From Flavobacteriales bacterium (GTDB lineage: Bacteria > Bacteroidota > Bacteroidia > Palsa-965): a DNA stretch of 64,000 bases. The notes beneath the pieces are model-generated. The model saw only the letters and a list, made by a program, of their open reading frames with translations. It was not told where the DNA came from and ran no database searches. Both the position numbers and the translations under genes were made by a program. Of the stretch, positions 1-9,559 are shown in pieces. The DNA is taken from positions 8,334-72,333 of the forward strand of contig NSIF01000003.1 of NCBI GenBank assembly GCA_002737665.1, in the 5' to 3' direction. How positions within the stretch are numbered: position 1 is the stretch's first letter; each line of letters opens with the position of its first letter.

Positions 1-1327
1 TATGTCCTGCTGTATTGCTCCACCAGCCATCATTTGTCAAAATGAAAATAAAATCAGCACCGTTTTGGATATATTCACTCACGTATTGCCCATAAATTGA
101 TTCGTAACAAATTACGGAGGCGATTTTAGATGTGCTATTAGGAGAAACAAAAACTGTTCGTTCCTCTTGCATTCCTAAGCTCCCTGTTGTTCCGCCTAAG
201 TCGAGTGCAAATTGTTCAAGAAATTTCAGGTGTTTTATGAAAGGCATTTTTTCTGTACCGGGTACTAATTTTGATTTATGGTATACTTGAATTGTTTTGG
301 TAGAATCAATTTGTAGTGCTGTATTGTAAGAATCGTAATAGCTATCCTCTTGTAAAAATTTGCGGGTTGTTGCTGAATGCTTTTCGCCTTTACTGAATTC
401 ATATGCTGTATTTGCACCCGAAACAATTTTTAGTTTAGGATATTTTTTTAAAAATTTCTGCAGTCGGTGAATTGTCCAACTGTTATTAATATTATTTTCC
501 CATATACTTTCTACAAGTGCTGTTTCTGGAAATACAAGATAGTCGGTAGTGGAATCTATTTTTGTTTCTGCAAGAACGAGCATCTGCTCTGTCATTTCTT
601 GAAAATCAGAATTAAATTTTTTGTAGGGGTCAATGTTAGGTTGAAGAATTGTTACGTTAATTGGGGTTACATTATTTTCTTGAATTTTGTAGTTGTGGAA
701 AATGAGGAATGAAATAATTATTGGAATAAAAATTATTACGGATAGGGAAAGTATCAACAATCGTTTCCTAGCCAATGTTGTAGCTAAAGTTTTTTTATAA
801 AGTAAAATTTCAACTAGCAAAACATTGACAGTTAATACCCAGAAACTTCCTCCAAATACGCCTGTGAATTCGTACCATTGAATCCAACTTAGTTGGTTTG
901 CAAATCCGTTTCCAAGTGTCATCCATGGCCAAGATAATTCACCATGGTGGTGAAGAAATTCAAAGGTAATCCATGCTGGGATTAAGAAAAATCGTCCAAT
1001 ACGATCAGGGAGTACTGATTTTACTTTATGAAAAATTAAAAACGTAAAACTCATGAGGATGGTATTGACCATTGTTGCCATTACTGCGCCAAACTCTGAA
1101 GCATACCAAATCCACCAAGTTGTTAATGCATTCCAAACAAAAAATGTTAGAAAGCCATAAAGAAAAATGTGTTTTCCTTTTAGCTTATCATCTGTACTAA
1201 TGATTTCTTGGATGTAGAGTAATGGAAGGAAGGCGATAAAAAGGAGTGGAGCATAACCCCAAGGTGGCCATGCGGCAGCAAGGAGGCCCGCTGAGAGAAA
1301 GCTAAGTAAAAAAAGCTTGCCACGCAT
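1..1327 (-). CDS. lnt: apolipoprotein N-acyltransferase, C-terminus cut by window edge
   Basis: Absent from the ORF track because no stop lies inside the window. Hand translation of the reverse strand from the ATG at 1327 stays open to base 1: MRGKLFLLSFLSAGLLAAAWPPWGYAPLLFIAFLPLLY... The N-terminal half is multi-TM. The second half is CN-hydrolase-like, with LVFPETAL, YHKSKLVPGTEKMPF and VICYESIYG (Glu/Lys/Cys context), ending ...LTNDGWWSNTAGH. Confidence 0.8.
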   Translation of the reverse strand, partial: MRGKLFLLSFLSAGLLAAAWPPWGYAPLLFIAFLPLLYIQEIISTDDKLKGKHIFLYGFLTFFVWNALTTWWIWYASEFGAVMATMVNTILMSFTFLIFHKVKSVLPDRIGRFFLIPAWITFEFLHHHGELSWPWMTLGNGFANQLSWIQWYEFTGVFGGSFWVLTVNVLLVEILLYKKTLATTLARKRLLILSLSVIIFIPIIISFLIFHNYKIQENNVTPINVTILQPNIDPYKKFNSDFQEMTEQMLVLAETKIDSTTDYLVFPETALVESIWENNINNSWTIHRLQKFLKKYPKLKIVSGANTAYEFSKGEKHSATTRKFLQEDSYYDSYNTALQIDSTKTIQVYHKSKLVPGTEKMPFIKHLKFLEQFALDLGGTTGSLGMQEERTVFVSPNSTSKIASVICYESIYGQYVSEYIQNGADFIFILTNDGWWSNTAGH

Positions 1328-1432
1328 GTGTACAAAGATACACAATTCATCAGGTGCAGAGAATTTTTTAAAAATACAGTTAAGGAAATGGCCCTAATAA
1401 AGTTTAGGAATTAACAATAATTTACAGAATTT

Positions 1433-2524
1433 TTATTTCTGAATTTTTCTATTCAAGTCCAACTTAAAAGAAAAAATATTTGAATAAAGGGCAATAGATT
1501 GATCTCCAACATCGGTCAAAGCGTAATCGATAGAAATTGATTTTATTTTAATTCCTATACCAAGGTTGGGTTGTACGGTGGTTATACTGTTTCCAAAAAC
1601 ATCATTTTCCCTTTGGATATTTCCCAATCCAGCACGTAGGAAAACAATTCCTTTGTACCCTGTTTCTAATCCTAAAACGGGTTCCATACTCCAAACTCCA
1701 GTTCGTATTGGCGTATTTCTTTTTCCGTCAAATGTGTTTATTAAATTTATTTCGCCTTCTAGAGAAAATTTTTCTTTTTTATCCAGTGAGATTTTTTTTG
1801 CAGCACCTAAAATACATCGTGGTAATGTTAGTTCGAGTGAATTAGAAGGAATTTCATTTCCTGTTTCAATAAAAACATCTTTCATTTCCGGAGTCAAATT
1901 AAAACTCCAGGCATTAAAGGTTGAGGTCACATCTTTTACAACCACTCCAAATTGATATCCTTTCCAATTATATTGTGCGGCTGCATCAATCCCAAATCCC
2001 CAGGCGTTGGCGAAGTCGCCAATTGTTCGTCGAATTATTTTTGCATTAGCTCCAAAATTCAAACCAGGGATTGGGCTTTTTCTAGCATAAGAAAAAACAA
2101 ATGCATAATCTTGAGCTGAAAAAGTGGTGATTCGGTCGTAGTCAATATTTCCGCCAGCATCAATTAGTTGTGTTGTATTTGGAATATCGTCAACTGCAAA
2201 GCGCAGAATTGAAACTCCAAAGGAGGAAACGCTATCAATTCTTCCAGCTACGGCTGCATAGTCATATTTTGCAATTGAAGCAAAGTATTCGGCGTGCATG
2301 AGCCCACCTTGTATATTATTTTTTATTCCAAGAAGGCCAGCCGGATTCCAATAGCCTGCAGTGACATCGTTGACACCTGCAACACATGCATTCGCCATCG
2401 ATAAGCTGCGCGCACCAACTCCAATAGCTAAAAACTCGTTACTATACTTTGGGGCCTGAGCCTGAGCCAAAGAAGTTGAAAAAAGTGTTGTAAATACTGC
2501 AAAAAAGCGGAAATTATTCTTCAT
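1433..2524 (-). CDS. PorV/PorQ-family (FadL-like) outer-membrane beta-barrel protein
   Basis: 363 aa. Signal peptide ends ...STSLAQAQA. N-terminal motif EFLAIGVGARSLSMANACVAGVNDVTAGYWNPAGL is typical of the PorV/PorQ family. Alternating beta-strand pattern to the C-terminus. I cannot tell PorV from PorQ by eye. Confidence 0.55.
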   Translation of the reverse strand: MKNNFRFFAVFTTLFSTSLAQAQAPKYSNEFLAIGVGARSLSMANACVAGVNDVTAGYWNPAGLLGIKNNIQGGLMHAEYFASIAKYDYAAVAGRIDSVSSFGVSILRFAVDDIPNTTQLIDAGGNIDYDRITTFSAQDYAFVFSYARKSPIPGLNFGANAKIIRRTIGDFANAWGFGIDAAAQYNWKGYQFGVVVKDVTSTFNAWSFNLTPEMKDVFIETGNEIPSNSLELTLPRCILGAAKKISLDKKEKFSLEGEINLINTFDGKRNTPIRTGVWSMEPVLGLETGYKGIVFLRAGLGNIQRENDVFGNSITTVQPNLGIGIKIKSISIDYALTDVGDQSIALYSNIFSFKLDLNRKIQK

Positions 2525-2695
2525 AAAGATGCCATAAAGTTAGGAGAATTTTTTTACCCATCCAACAACGAAATGTGTGTAGTTTTATTGTTGAAAATGG
2601 ACTATTTCTATTTCGTTGTATTTTTTTTCTGCTGTTTAGCATTGAATAATTTTTGAATGCTTTGAAGGCAAGGGGTTTTACATTCCGAAGAAGAG

Positions 2696-2703
2696 TATAT
2701 TTG
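2696..2703 (+). promoter_or_regulatory. Bacteroidota-type -7 box TATATTTG upstream of pssA
   Basis: Exact match to TAnnTTTG, ending 5 nt before the ATG at 2709. This implies a leaderless or very short-leader mRNA. Confidence 0.4.
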
Positions 2704-2708
2704 TAATT

Positions 2709-3458
2709 ATGAAAATGTTTACGATTCCCAATTTATTTACACTCGGAAATTTATTTTGTGGTTGTTTGGCGATTGTATGTTGCATGGATGGCAATTTAGT
2801 TTGCAGTGCCTATTTGGTTGCAATTGCCGCCTTGTTTGATTTTTTGGATGGATTTTTAGCTCGCTTATTAAAACAACATTCTGAAATTGGTAAACAGCTG
2901 GATTCTTTGGCTGACATTGTTACGTTTGGAGTTGTTCCTGGAGTAATAATTTTTGTTCTATTGAGAACTTGGTGTGAATCTGAAAAAGGCTTGTCCACAT
3001 TTGAACAAAACCCATATTTTCCTTACATCGCATTTATAATCCCATTGTTTTCTGCATTAAGATTAGCAAAATTTAATGTTGATGTTCGTCAGTCTGATTC
3101 TTTTATAGGTCTACCAACGCCAGTAAATGCAATTCTAATCTCCTCAATTCCCTTAATGATTCACTTTAAAAAAGGAATGTGGATTACCGATATTGAACCC
3201 AGCTACCTCAGTTGTTTTGTTCAGCCTTATATGCTTATTGGATTAACAGTTATCATGTCATTGCTCCTGATATCCGAAATTCCCTTTTTTGCACTGAAAT
3301 TTAAAAGTTTTGGATGGAAAGAGAATGCAATTACTTATATTTTTCTTGCTGTATGCTTGGCATTGATTTTTTTCTTGAAATTCGTTGGAATTCCGTTTGC
3401 TATTGCCCTTTATATTCTGCTTTCGCTTGGCCTTTATCTTGTTAAGAAAAAATCCTAA
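2709..3458 (+). CDS. pssA: CDP-diacylglycerol--serine O-phosphatidyltransferase
   Basis: 249 aa, multi-TM. CDP-alcohol phosphatidyltransferase motif DFLDGFLARLLKQHSEIGKQLDSLADIVTFG. Confidence 0.8.
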   Translation: MKMFTIPNLFTLGNLFCGCLAIVCCMDGNLVCSAYLVAIAALFDFLDGFLARLLKQHSEIGKQLDSLADIVTFGVVPGVIIFVLLRTWCESEKGLSTFEQNPYFPYIAFIIPLFSALRLAKFNVDVRQSDSFIGLPTPVNAILISSIPLMIHFKKGMWITDIEPSYLSCFVQPYMLIGLTVIMSLLLISEIPFFALKFKSFGWKENAITYIFLAVCLALIFFLKFVGIPFAIALYILLSLGLYLVKKKS

Positions 3459-3610
3459 TACTACGACCCTTATTGTTCTACGCTGATTTTTTCGAAAATG
3501 AGGCTTTGTTTTTTAACATCGATTTGTGCCTGTTCGTATTTTAGGTGTAAAAATGTTGATAAATTCGAAAATACCTTTCCCTTCTAGCAAGCATCTACAG
3601 TACTAATTAT

Positions 3611-3618
3611 TAAATTTG
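3611..3618 (+). promoter_or_regulatory. -7 box TAAATTTG upstream of purS
   Basis: Exact TAnnTTTG match, ending 4 nt before the ATG at 3623. Confidence 0.45.
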
Positions 3619-3622
3619 TGGC

Positions 3623-3880
3623 ATGAAGTTCAAAGCAGAAATAGACGTAATGCCGCTAAAAGCGCTCCTTGACCCACAAGGGAAAGCGGTAACTGGAAGT
3701 ATGAAAAACTTGGGTTTAGAAGCAATTCAAAATGTAAGGATTGGTAAACATATTACCTTAGAAATTGATGCCCCAACAAAAGAGGAAGCGTCTGTTATGG
3801 TAAATGAAGCTTGTAAGAAATTACTGGCTAATCAGATTATGGAATTTTATGAATTTACACTTGAAGGTGTTGGGCAGTAG
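3623..3880 (+). CDS. purS: phosphoribosylformylglycinamidine synthase subunit PurS
   Basis: 85 aa. MKFKAEIDVMPLKALLDPQGKAVTGSMKNLGL...VRIGKHITLEIDA is the PurS fold signature. purQ/purL are not adjacent. Confidence 0.85.
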   Translation: MKFKAEIDVMPLKALLDPQGKAVTGSMKNLGLEAIQNVRIGKHITLEIDAPTKEEASVMVNEACKKLLANQIMEFYEFTLEGVGQ

Positions 3881-3966
3881 GATTTTTGGGATTGCAATTT
3901 TTAAATAATGTTTTTTTTCTACCGTTTTTCTTTTTACAATCTTTTGATTAATATTTTTATTTTCCT

Positions 3967-4587
3967 ATGTCTTTCTATCGCTACCCACTTGCACTAATAG
4001 CTTATTCACTGCTTGCAATTTTTGCTTTAGCATACGGTTGGAATTGGTTGGGGGGAGCTGCTTTAGAAACGTATTGGTATTATTTTCCAGCAGGTGCCGG
4101 AATTTATTTGATTATTTCTTTTTGTCTTTCAAAATTGAATCTTAAGTGGGAGTGGGATGTGGCAATTCAGGTTGGATTTGTTTTAGCTCCTGTTTTATTT
4201 TATGTAAACATTAAGGAGTCCGTTAAATATCCAACCTATATTTTTATTGTGAATTCGGGCTACACTGGAAAATTAGATGTGATTTTTAATTTAGATAAAA
4301 ATGCCCCCACTAATGCTCGAAGCACTGCCGATACGTTGTATTTTAATTTTGATAGTGAGGGGGAAATTTTATTAAATGAAGATGTCGACTTCATTAAATT
4401 AGCAATGAAAAACCAATTGTACTTTTTGAATCCAGATGCTTCTAAACATAAAATTGAATCAGTTGAAAAAAATGCCTTGCCTTTGGATACAACGAAAATA
4501 GTTTTACTAAAGGATGCTGATGAATCTGAAAATGGCAGAATGAAAAAAATGCATTATCGCCTTAACTACCCTCCAAAACTAAAATAA
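3967..4587 (+). CDS. hypothetical membrane protein
   Basis: 206 aa. About three N-terminal TM helices followed by a soluble domain. No motif recognised. Confidence 0.5.
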   Translation: MSFYRYPLALIAYSLLAIFALAYGWNWLGGAALETYWYYFPAGAGIYLIISFCLSKLNLKWEWDVAIQVGFVLAPVLFYVNIKESVKYPTYIFIVNSGYTGKLDVIFNLDKNAPTNARSTADTLYFNFDSEGEILLNEDVDFIKLAMKNQLYFLNPDASKHKIESVEKNALPLDTTKIVLLKDADESENGRMKKMHYRLNYPPKLK

Positions 4588-4790
4588 AAAAGGTTTACGC
4601 TTTCATTCATATAATTCTGGATTTATTCTTATCGTTTTTAGCTTAAATTTTCAAATCTTATTAAAATTATTTTTTTAAGAATTTGGATTCTTCAGAAAAT
4701 AACACCTCCTTTGCGCCCTTAAATTATTTTTCACGTTCGTTTTATATCGTTTTAATTTTTTTGCTTTTTTAATTTTCTGGAGGATTTCTA

Positions 4791-6332
4791 ATGTCGTTAG
4801 TAAAAACTTATGGTTGCGCCGTATATGGTATTAGCGCTACAACAGTAACTGTTGAAGTCAATATCGATACCGGAATTAATTTTCATATTGTAGGGCTTCC
4901 TGATAGCGCTGTGAAAGAAAGCCAGCAACGAATTGATGCCGCTTTAAAAAACAACGGGTATAAAATTCCAGGTAAAAAAATTACTGTGAACCTAGCACCA
5001 GCAGATATTCGCAAGGAAGGGTCTTCATACGATTTGCCTATTGCGATGGGAATTTTATGTGCTTCTTCGCAGTTGGTTACCATCGAAATTTCGAATTATG
5101 TAATCATGGGAGAACTTTCTTTAGATGGTATTTTGCGTCCAGTACGCGGTGCTTTACCAATGGCCTTGCATGCTAAGTCTTGCGGTTTCAAAGGTGTAAT
5201 TTTGCCTGTTGAAAATGCAAAGGAAGCGGCCGTAGTAGAAGGGATTGATGTGTATGGAATAGCTACACTACTTGAAGTAATTAAATTTTTTGAAGGCCAT
5301 TCAACAATTCTTCCAATTAAAATTGACCTGGAAGCAGAATTTTCTCGACCACTAAATAATTTTGATGTTGATTTTTCTGATGTGAAAGGTCAGGAAAATA
5401 TTAAAAGAGCATTAGAAATTGCTGCTTCGGGTGGGCATAATATTCTTATGGTAGGACCGCCTGGCGCTGGAAAAACAATGTTGGCAAAAAGATTATCTGG
5501 AATTCTTCCACCTATGACGCTAGATGAAGCATTAGAAACCACAAAGATTCATTCTGTTGCTGGTAAAACAGTGAAGCATTTTGGATTGGTAACTTCTAGA
5601 CCATTTCGTGCACCACACCATACCATTTCTGATGTTGCTTTGGTTGGAGGTGGCTCTCATCCGCAACCTGGTGAAATATCTCTTGCTCATAACGGTGTTT
5701 TATTTCTTGATGAGCTACCCGAATATAAACGAACAGTTTTGGAAGTCATGCGGCAGCCCTTGGAAGACCGAGTAGTTACCATTTCACGAGCCAAATTTAC
5801 TGTGGTTTATCCAGCTGGTTTTATGTTGGTTGCTTCCATGAATCCATGCCCTTGTGGTTACTATAATCATCCTGAAAAAGCATGCGTTTGTCCGCCTGGT
5901 GGTGTACAGAAATATTTGAATCGCTTATCTGGCCCATTGTTAGATCGCATTGACATTCACATTGAAGTTACTCCTGTTAGCTTTAATGAATTGACTGATC
6001 GACGACCAGCAGAATCAAGTGCAGCAGTTCGAGCGCGTGTAGTAAACGCTAGATTAGTTCAACTCAAACGATTCGAGGGAATGGAAGGGATTTATTCGAA
6101 TGCACAAATGAATGCTAGTTTATTGCGGTCCGTTTGTAGAATTGATGAAGCAGGACAACAATTATTAAAAACAGCAATGGAACGATTAGGTTTATCGGCA
6201 CGTGCCTACGATCGTATTTTGAAAGTAGCTCGAACAGTAGCTGATCTTGAAGGTAGTAAAGCTATTGAAACGCAGCATTTAGCTGAAGCAATACAATATC
6301 GAAGTTTGGATCGCGAAAATTGGGCTGGCTAA
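4791..6332 (+). CDS. comM: YifB/ComM family Mg-chelatase-like AAA ATPase
   Basis: 513 aa. Lon-protease-like N-domain, Walker A GPPGAGKT, Walker [10 protein letters not shown], and ChlI-like C-terminal domain ...[18 protein letters not shown]. Confidence 0.9.
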   Translation: MSLVKTYGCAVYGISATTVTVEVNIDTGINFHIVGLPDSAVKESQQRIDAALKNNGYKIPGKKITVNLAPADIRKEGSSYDLPIAMGILCASSQLVTIEISNYVIMGELSLDGILRPVRGALPMALHAKSCGFKGVILPVENAKEAAVVEGIDVYGIATLLEVIKFFEGHSTILPIKIDLEAEFSRPLNNFDVDFSDVKGQENIKRALEIAASGGHNILMVGPPGAGKTMLAKRLSGILPPMTLDEALETTKIHSVAGKTVKHFGLVTSRPFRAPHHTISDVALVGGGSHPQPGEISLAHNGVLFLDELPEYKRTVLEVMRQPLEDRVVTISRAKFTVVYPAGFMLVASMNPCPCGYYNHPEKACVCPPGGVQKYLNRLSGPLLDRIDIHIEVTPVSFNELTDRRPAESSAAVRARVVNARLVQLKRFEGMEGIYSNAQMNASLLRSVCRIDEAGQQLLKTAMERLGLSARAYDRILKVARTVADLEGSKAIETQHLAEAIQYRSLDRENWAG

Positions 6333-6417
6333 TATTTAATGTTCTTGAAAAATAATTTTCTTCGTAAAGACCATTCAGCGACAAAAAAACTTAAACTTGT
6401 ATTCACAATTTATCAAA

Positions 6418-7275
6418 ATGTCAAGACTGCTTTTTGTTGTTTTATTTTTTAATTCATTTTCTATTTGTGCTCAGCGTGATTCTATTCTTTACGGCATTAG
6501 GTGTTACATGGTTTCGGAAAGCAAGGATACTGGAACTGTTTGGATTCAGCAAAACATTAAAACAAAGCACGGCTTTATATTTAACGGGCATTATTTTGAG
6601 CTATTTGCTAATGGCAAATTAAAAATTAATGGAAATTATAAGAAAGGAGCGAGGACAGGTAAATGGATTGGTTATTATGAGACTGGGCAGAAATCCTTTG
6701 TAGGTTATTACGAACATGGATTAAAATCAGATTTGTGGATGAAATATTTTCCACATGGACAGCTTGCATGGAAGGGTAGTTTTTTTAAAGATATGCATGC
6801 CGGATTCTGGCGTTATTATTACGAAAATGGGTTATTAAAAGCAATGACAAGGTATTTAATTAAAAGTAGGGCAGTGACTGGTAAAAAAATAGCAAAGTTC
6901 AACCAATTTTCATTCTTCCCTAATTTGACTTATAATTATATTATTTCTCCAGCCGATTCACTTGTGGAATATTATCCAGATGGGAAGTTGAAAATTAGAT
7001 TTTTGTATGGACAGAGTGGGGGGTTAAATGGTATTTGCAACTCCTACTATTCTAATGGGAAAGAGAATTTTTCAGGCGCATATACAAATGGTCAAAAGTC
7101 AGGGCTTTGGAATTATTATTGTAGTGATGGAATTATTTACCAAAAAATTCAATTCAATACTAAGATACTTCCTCTAATTTCTAATACAGATTCTAATGCT
7201 GAATTACGCTGTTTGTATCTTGAAATTTTACCTGAAATAAAATGGGAGAAAGAATTTTATCCTTCAACAAATTAA
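6418..7275 (+). CDS. MORN-variant / YwqK-type repeat protein, secreted
   Basis: The ORF track starts at TTG 6397. ATG 6418 gives the signal peptide MSRLLFVVLFFNSFSICAQ. Repeated G-x-W-x-x-Y-Y-E-x-G-x-x-K units (GKWIGYYETGQK, GFWRYYYENGLLK, GLWNYYCSDGII). Confidence 0.6.
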   Translation: MSRLLFVVLFFNSFSICAQRDSILYGIRCYMVSESKDTGTVWIQQNIKTKHGFIFNGHYFELFANGKLKINGNYKKGARTGKWIGYYETGQKSFVGYYEHGLKSDLWMKYFPHGQLAWKGSFFKDMHAGFWRYYYENGLLKAMTRYLIKSRAVTGKKIAKFNQFSFFPNLTYNYIISPADSLVEYYPDGKLKIRFLYGQSGGLNGICNSYYSNGKENFSGAYTNGQKSGLWNYYCSDGIIYQKIQFNTKILPLISNTDSNAELRCLYLEILPEIKWEKEFYPSTN

Positions 7276-7300
7276 TCAATTATAAATTTATATTATAAGT

Positions 7301-7975
7301 ATGAAAAAGATATTTAGTTATTCAGTTGTAACGGTCCTGCTCTTTTGCATGCTATTGTTTATGGGTTCTTATATGGCAGTTGTTTCTTTGGTTGGTACCA
7401 TTATACCTTTGAAAACTAATTTTTTGTATGTAGGTGTGGATAACCCGATTCGATTAACAACAAATGAGTTGAATCCGAAAAGTTTAATTTTAAAAAGTTC
7501 AGGTACTTCCTCTGTTATGAAAGATACACTTGGTGTTGATCTTTATAAAGTTCGAATTAACGAGGTTGGTACTACTACTATTTCTGTTGGTATTCGTTCA
7601 GATAAGGTTTTTAAAACATTGTTCACACAAGACTTTAATGTTATTGCACTTCCTGACCCTGTTGTTTATTTTGGAGCGAACAAAGGTGATGCCATAATTG
7701 CTAGCGAAGAACTTATAAGTACTTCAGCTTTGATTTGTAGAATTGATAATATTGATTTTGAATGTTTGTTCGACATACAATCTTTTACTCTTTCTGTTAA
7801 CAGAGAAGGAAATTGGTACGACTATGAAGGGCAAGGAAAATACTTATCAGCACAAATGAAAGAAGAATTGCTACGCGCTGTTTCCGGCTCTAGAATATTT
7901 ATCCATGATGTGCATGTTAAAGGTTGCGATGGTCAACAGCGAATATTACCTGGCTTGAGTTTGAAGGTTAGGTAA
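7301..7975 (+). CDS. GldM C-terminal-domain-like protein (stand-alone, TM-anchored)
   Basis: 224 aa. N-terminal TM helix, then LYVGVDNPIRL..., ...FNVIALPDPVVYFGANKGDAI..., IDNIDFECLFDIQSFTLSV and RIFIHDVHVKGCDGQQRILPGLSLKV. By recall this follows the pattern of the last two Ig-like domains of GldM/PorM. Confidence 0.5.
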   Translation: MKKIFSYSVVTVLLFCMLLFMGSYMAVVSLVGTIIPLKTNFLYVGVDNPIRLTTNELNPKSLILKSSGTSSVMKDTLGVDLYKVRINEVGTTTISVGIRSDKVFKTLFTQDFNVIALPDPVVYFGANKGDAIIASEELISTSALICRIDNIDFECLFDIQSFTLSVNREGNWYDYEGQGKYLSAQMKEELLRAVSGSRIFIHDVHVKGCDGQQRILPGLSLKVR

Positions 7976-8004
7976 TGCTGCATTTTTAAGAAAGCATCAC
8001 GATT

Positions 8005-9405
8005 TTATTTTTCTACAAGTAATCCAGGTGCTACTTGTTCTCCAGTTGGTAAATGGCCATAAATTTCATCGTAGGAGAAACGACAAAATTCCGAATTTGG
8101 ATACTCATTAGCATTTCCTTTTACAAATTCAATAAACCGATTAAAGTTTCTTTCTTTTTTTAAGTCATCAATAAAATCAGAATATTTTTTATAATCAGTA
8201 AAAAAGTCGCCTGCAAGTAGGTAATGAAACACTTCATAGGCATTTTGAAATTTTGTATAACCGTCGTTGGCACTTCCAAAATGAGAAAAATTTAATAGTT
8301 CCGGTTCGTAAAATAAGCGTACAAATTTTTCAATGAGAGCATATGCTCCATTGATATCCACAAAATGTTTTTCAAATGCAGCTTGTCCCGCGTCATTGCC
8401 CTCACGAAATTTTATATCAATGGCTTTAGCTACTCGTTCTGCTGTTTCCATTGCAACAAATATTCCACTAGAGAAAATTGGATCGAGAAACGCACCAGCG
8501 TCTCCTACCATTGCAAAGTTTGCTCCAAACTTATTTTCTACAGAATAGGAGTAATCTCCAATTGTTTGTACAGCATGTTCTGTTTTGGCATTTTTTAAAA
8601 TAGGTTGCAGGTTTAACGCTTCCTTAATTTCATTTTTGTAAAATTCTTCTTTCCAATCGGTTCCATTATATTTTAGCTTTTGTGATTTTACATAGGAGTT
8701 ATTTAACGTCACGCCAATACTTAAGTGATTTCTTCCTACTGGAATAACCCATAGCCAACCTTGTTTTTCGCCACCGAGATAAATTATTTTAATTAATCCT
8801 CCTTCAAGGGCTTTGTCGTATTCTGTATTTACCCAGTGGCTAAAAAAGGCAACTCGATTTAAGCCATCGTATGGTTTTTTATCATTTAATTTTCGTGCAA
8901 GAAATGAGCCTTGGCCACTTGCATCGATTAAAAATTTGGCTTTAAAATTTATTTCTTCTCCCAATTCATTTGCAACTCGTAGTAAGACGATTTCTGAATT
9001 GGATAGTTCTACTTCTTTTACTTGGTGCTGTTCATAAATTACTGCGCCACATTTTTTTGAATTATCTAATAAGACTTTATCAAAGGGAGCTCTTAAGGCG
9101 TGCAGTGACATTTTAGCACCATCTTCAATCACTTTATCGAAGCACCAAATAGCTTGGCGTTTTGAATCGCGGTCTATGAATTGAACGCCTGGCTTTTTGG
9201 TTGAAACTTTTGCAACATCTTCCAAAACTCCAAGGTCTTTCATTTTGTAATAGCAAAATGGAATAAGTGATTCCCCAACATGGTCTCTAGGGAATTTCTC
9301 TTTTTCAAACAGCACAACTTCATATCCAAGTTTTGATAAATAGGTTGCTGCTGACGATCCTCCTGGTCCTCCTCCAATGATTGCAACGTCGAAATTTGTT
9401 TTCAT
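8005..9405 (-). CDS. FAD-dependent oxidoreductase with flavin-dependent-halogenase-type motifs
   Basis: 466 aa. Dinucleotide fold VAIIGGGPGGSSAA, WxWxIP-type motif GWLWVIPVG (about 8739-8765), and FxxPxxSxG-type motif FLDPIFSSGIF (about 8464-8500). Confidence 0.6.
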   Translation of the reverse strand: MKTNFDVAIIGGGPGGSSAATYLSKLGYEVVLFEKEKFPRDHVGESLIPFCYYKMKDLGVLEDVAKVSTKKPGVQFIDRDSKRQAIWCFDKVIEDGAKMSLHALRAPFDKVLLDNSKKCGAVIYEQHQVKEVELSNSEIVLLRVANELGEEINFKAKFLIDASGQGSFLARKLNDKKPYDGLNRVAFFSHWVNTEYDKALEGGLIKIIYLGGEKQGWLWVIPVGRNHLSIGVTLNNSYVKSQKLKYNGTDWKEEFYKNEIKEALNLQPILKNAKTEHAVQTIGDYSYSVENKFGANFAMVGDAGAFLDPIFSSGIFVAMETAERVAKAIDIKFREGNDAGQAAFEKHFVDINGAYALIEKFVRLFYEPELLNFSHFGSANDGYTKFQNAYEVFHYLLAGDFFTDYKKYSDFIDDLKKERNFNRFIEFVKGNANEYPNSEFCRFSYDEIYGHLPTGEQVAPGLLVEK

Positions 9406-9505
9406 TTTTTATTTTGAGGTATAAAAATACCGTTTTTTATTGATATGAAAATAGCGAATTTTATTTAAGTTGGATAATTAGATCTGTTTTTTGGAATTAG
9501 ATCAT

Positions 9506-9539
9506 AAAAAAACCTCTTCTGAAAGGAAGAGGTTTTTAA
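9506..9539 (-). terminator. intrinsic terminator of atpDC
   Basis: 9-bp stem aacctcttc / gaagaggtt with a 6-nt loop, followed on the minus strand by a run of 7 U (plus-strand A-run 9506-9512). Lies 21 nt after the atpC stop. Confidence 0.75.
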
Positions 9540-9559
9540 ACGTTTTTGTTTTTTAAATA

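Noticed and set aside
1566-1955. Long antisense ORFs in the track: 1566-1955, 9612-10019, 11061-11450, 19180-19569, 29308-29739, 34685-35053, 36865-37242, 52472-52822, 56160-56738, and many 60-100-aa ones.
   Set aside because: Each lies entirely inside a longer ORF on the opposite strand that has clear family motifs. Their translations are low-complexity or hydrophobic nonsense typical of shadow frames in AT-rich DNA. None has a -7 box or an independent start context.
4779-4783. Perfect GGAGG Shine-Dalgarno-like sequence 7 nt upstream of the comM/yifB ATG, in a genome that otherwise lacks SD sequences.
   Set aside because: It is a single occurrence and is compatible with chance. There is no way to test function from the sequence alone.
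6418-7275. YwqK-type repeat protein as the antitoxin of a toxin-antitoxin or polymorphic-toxin locus.
   Set aside because: It carries a signal peptide, no toxin-like gene is adjacent, and MORN-variant repeat proteins are common stand-alone secreted proteins in this phylum.
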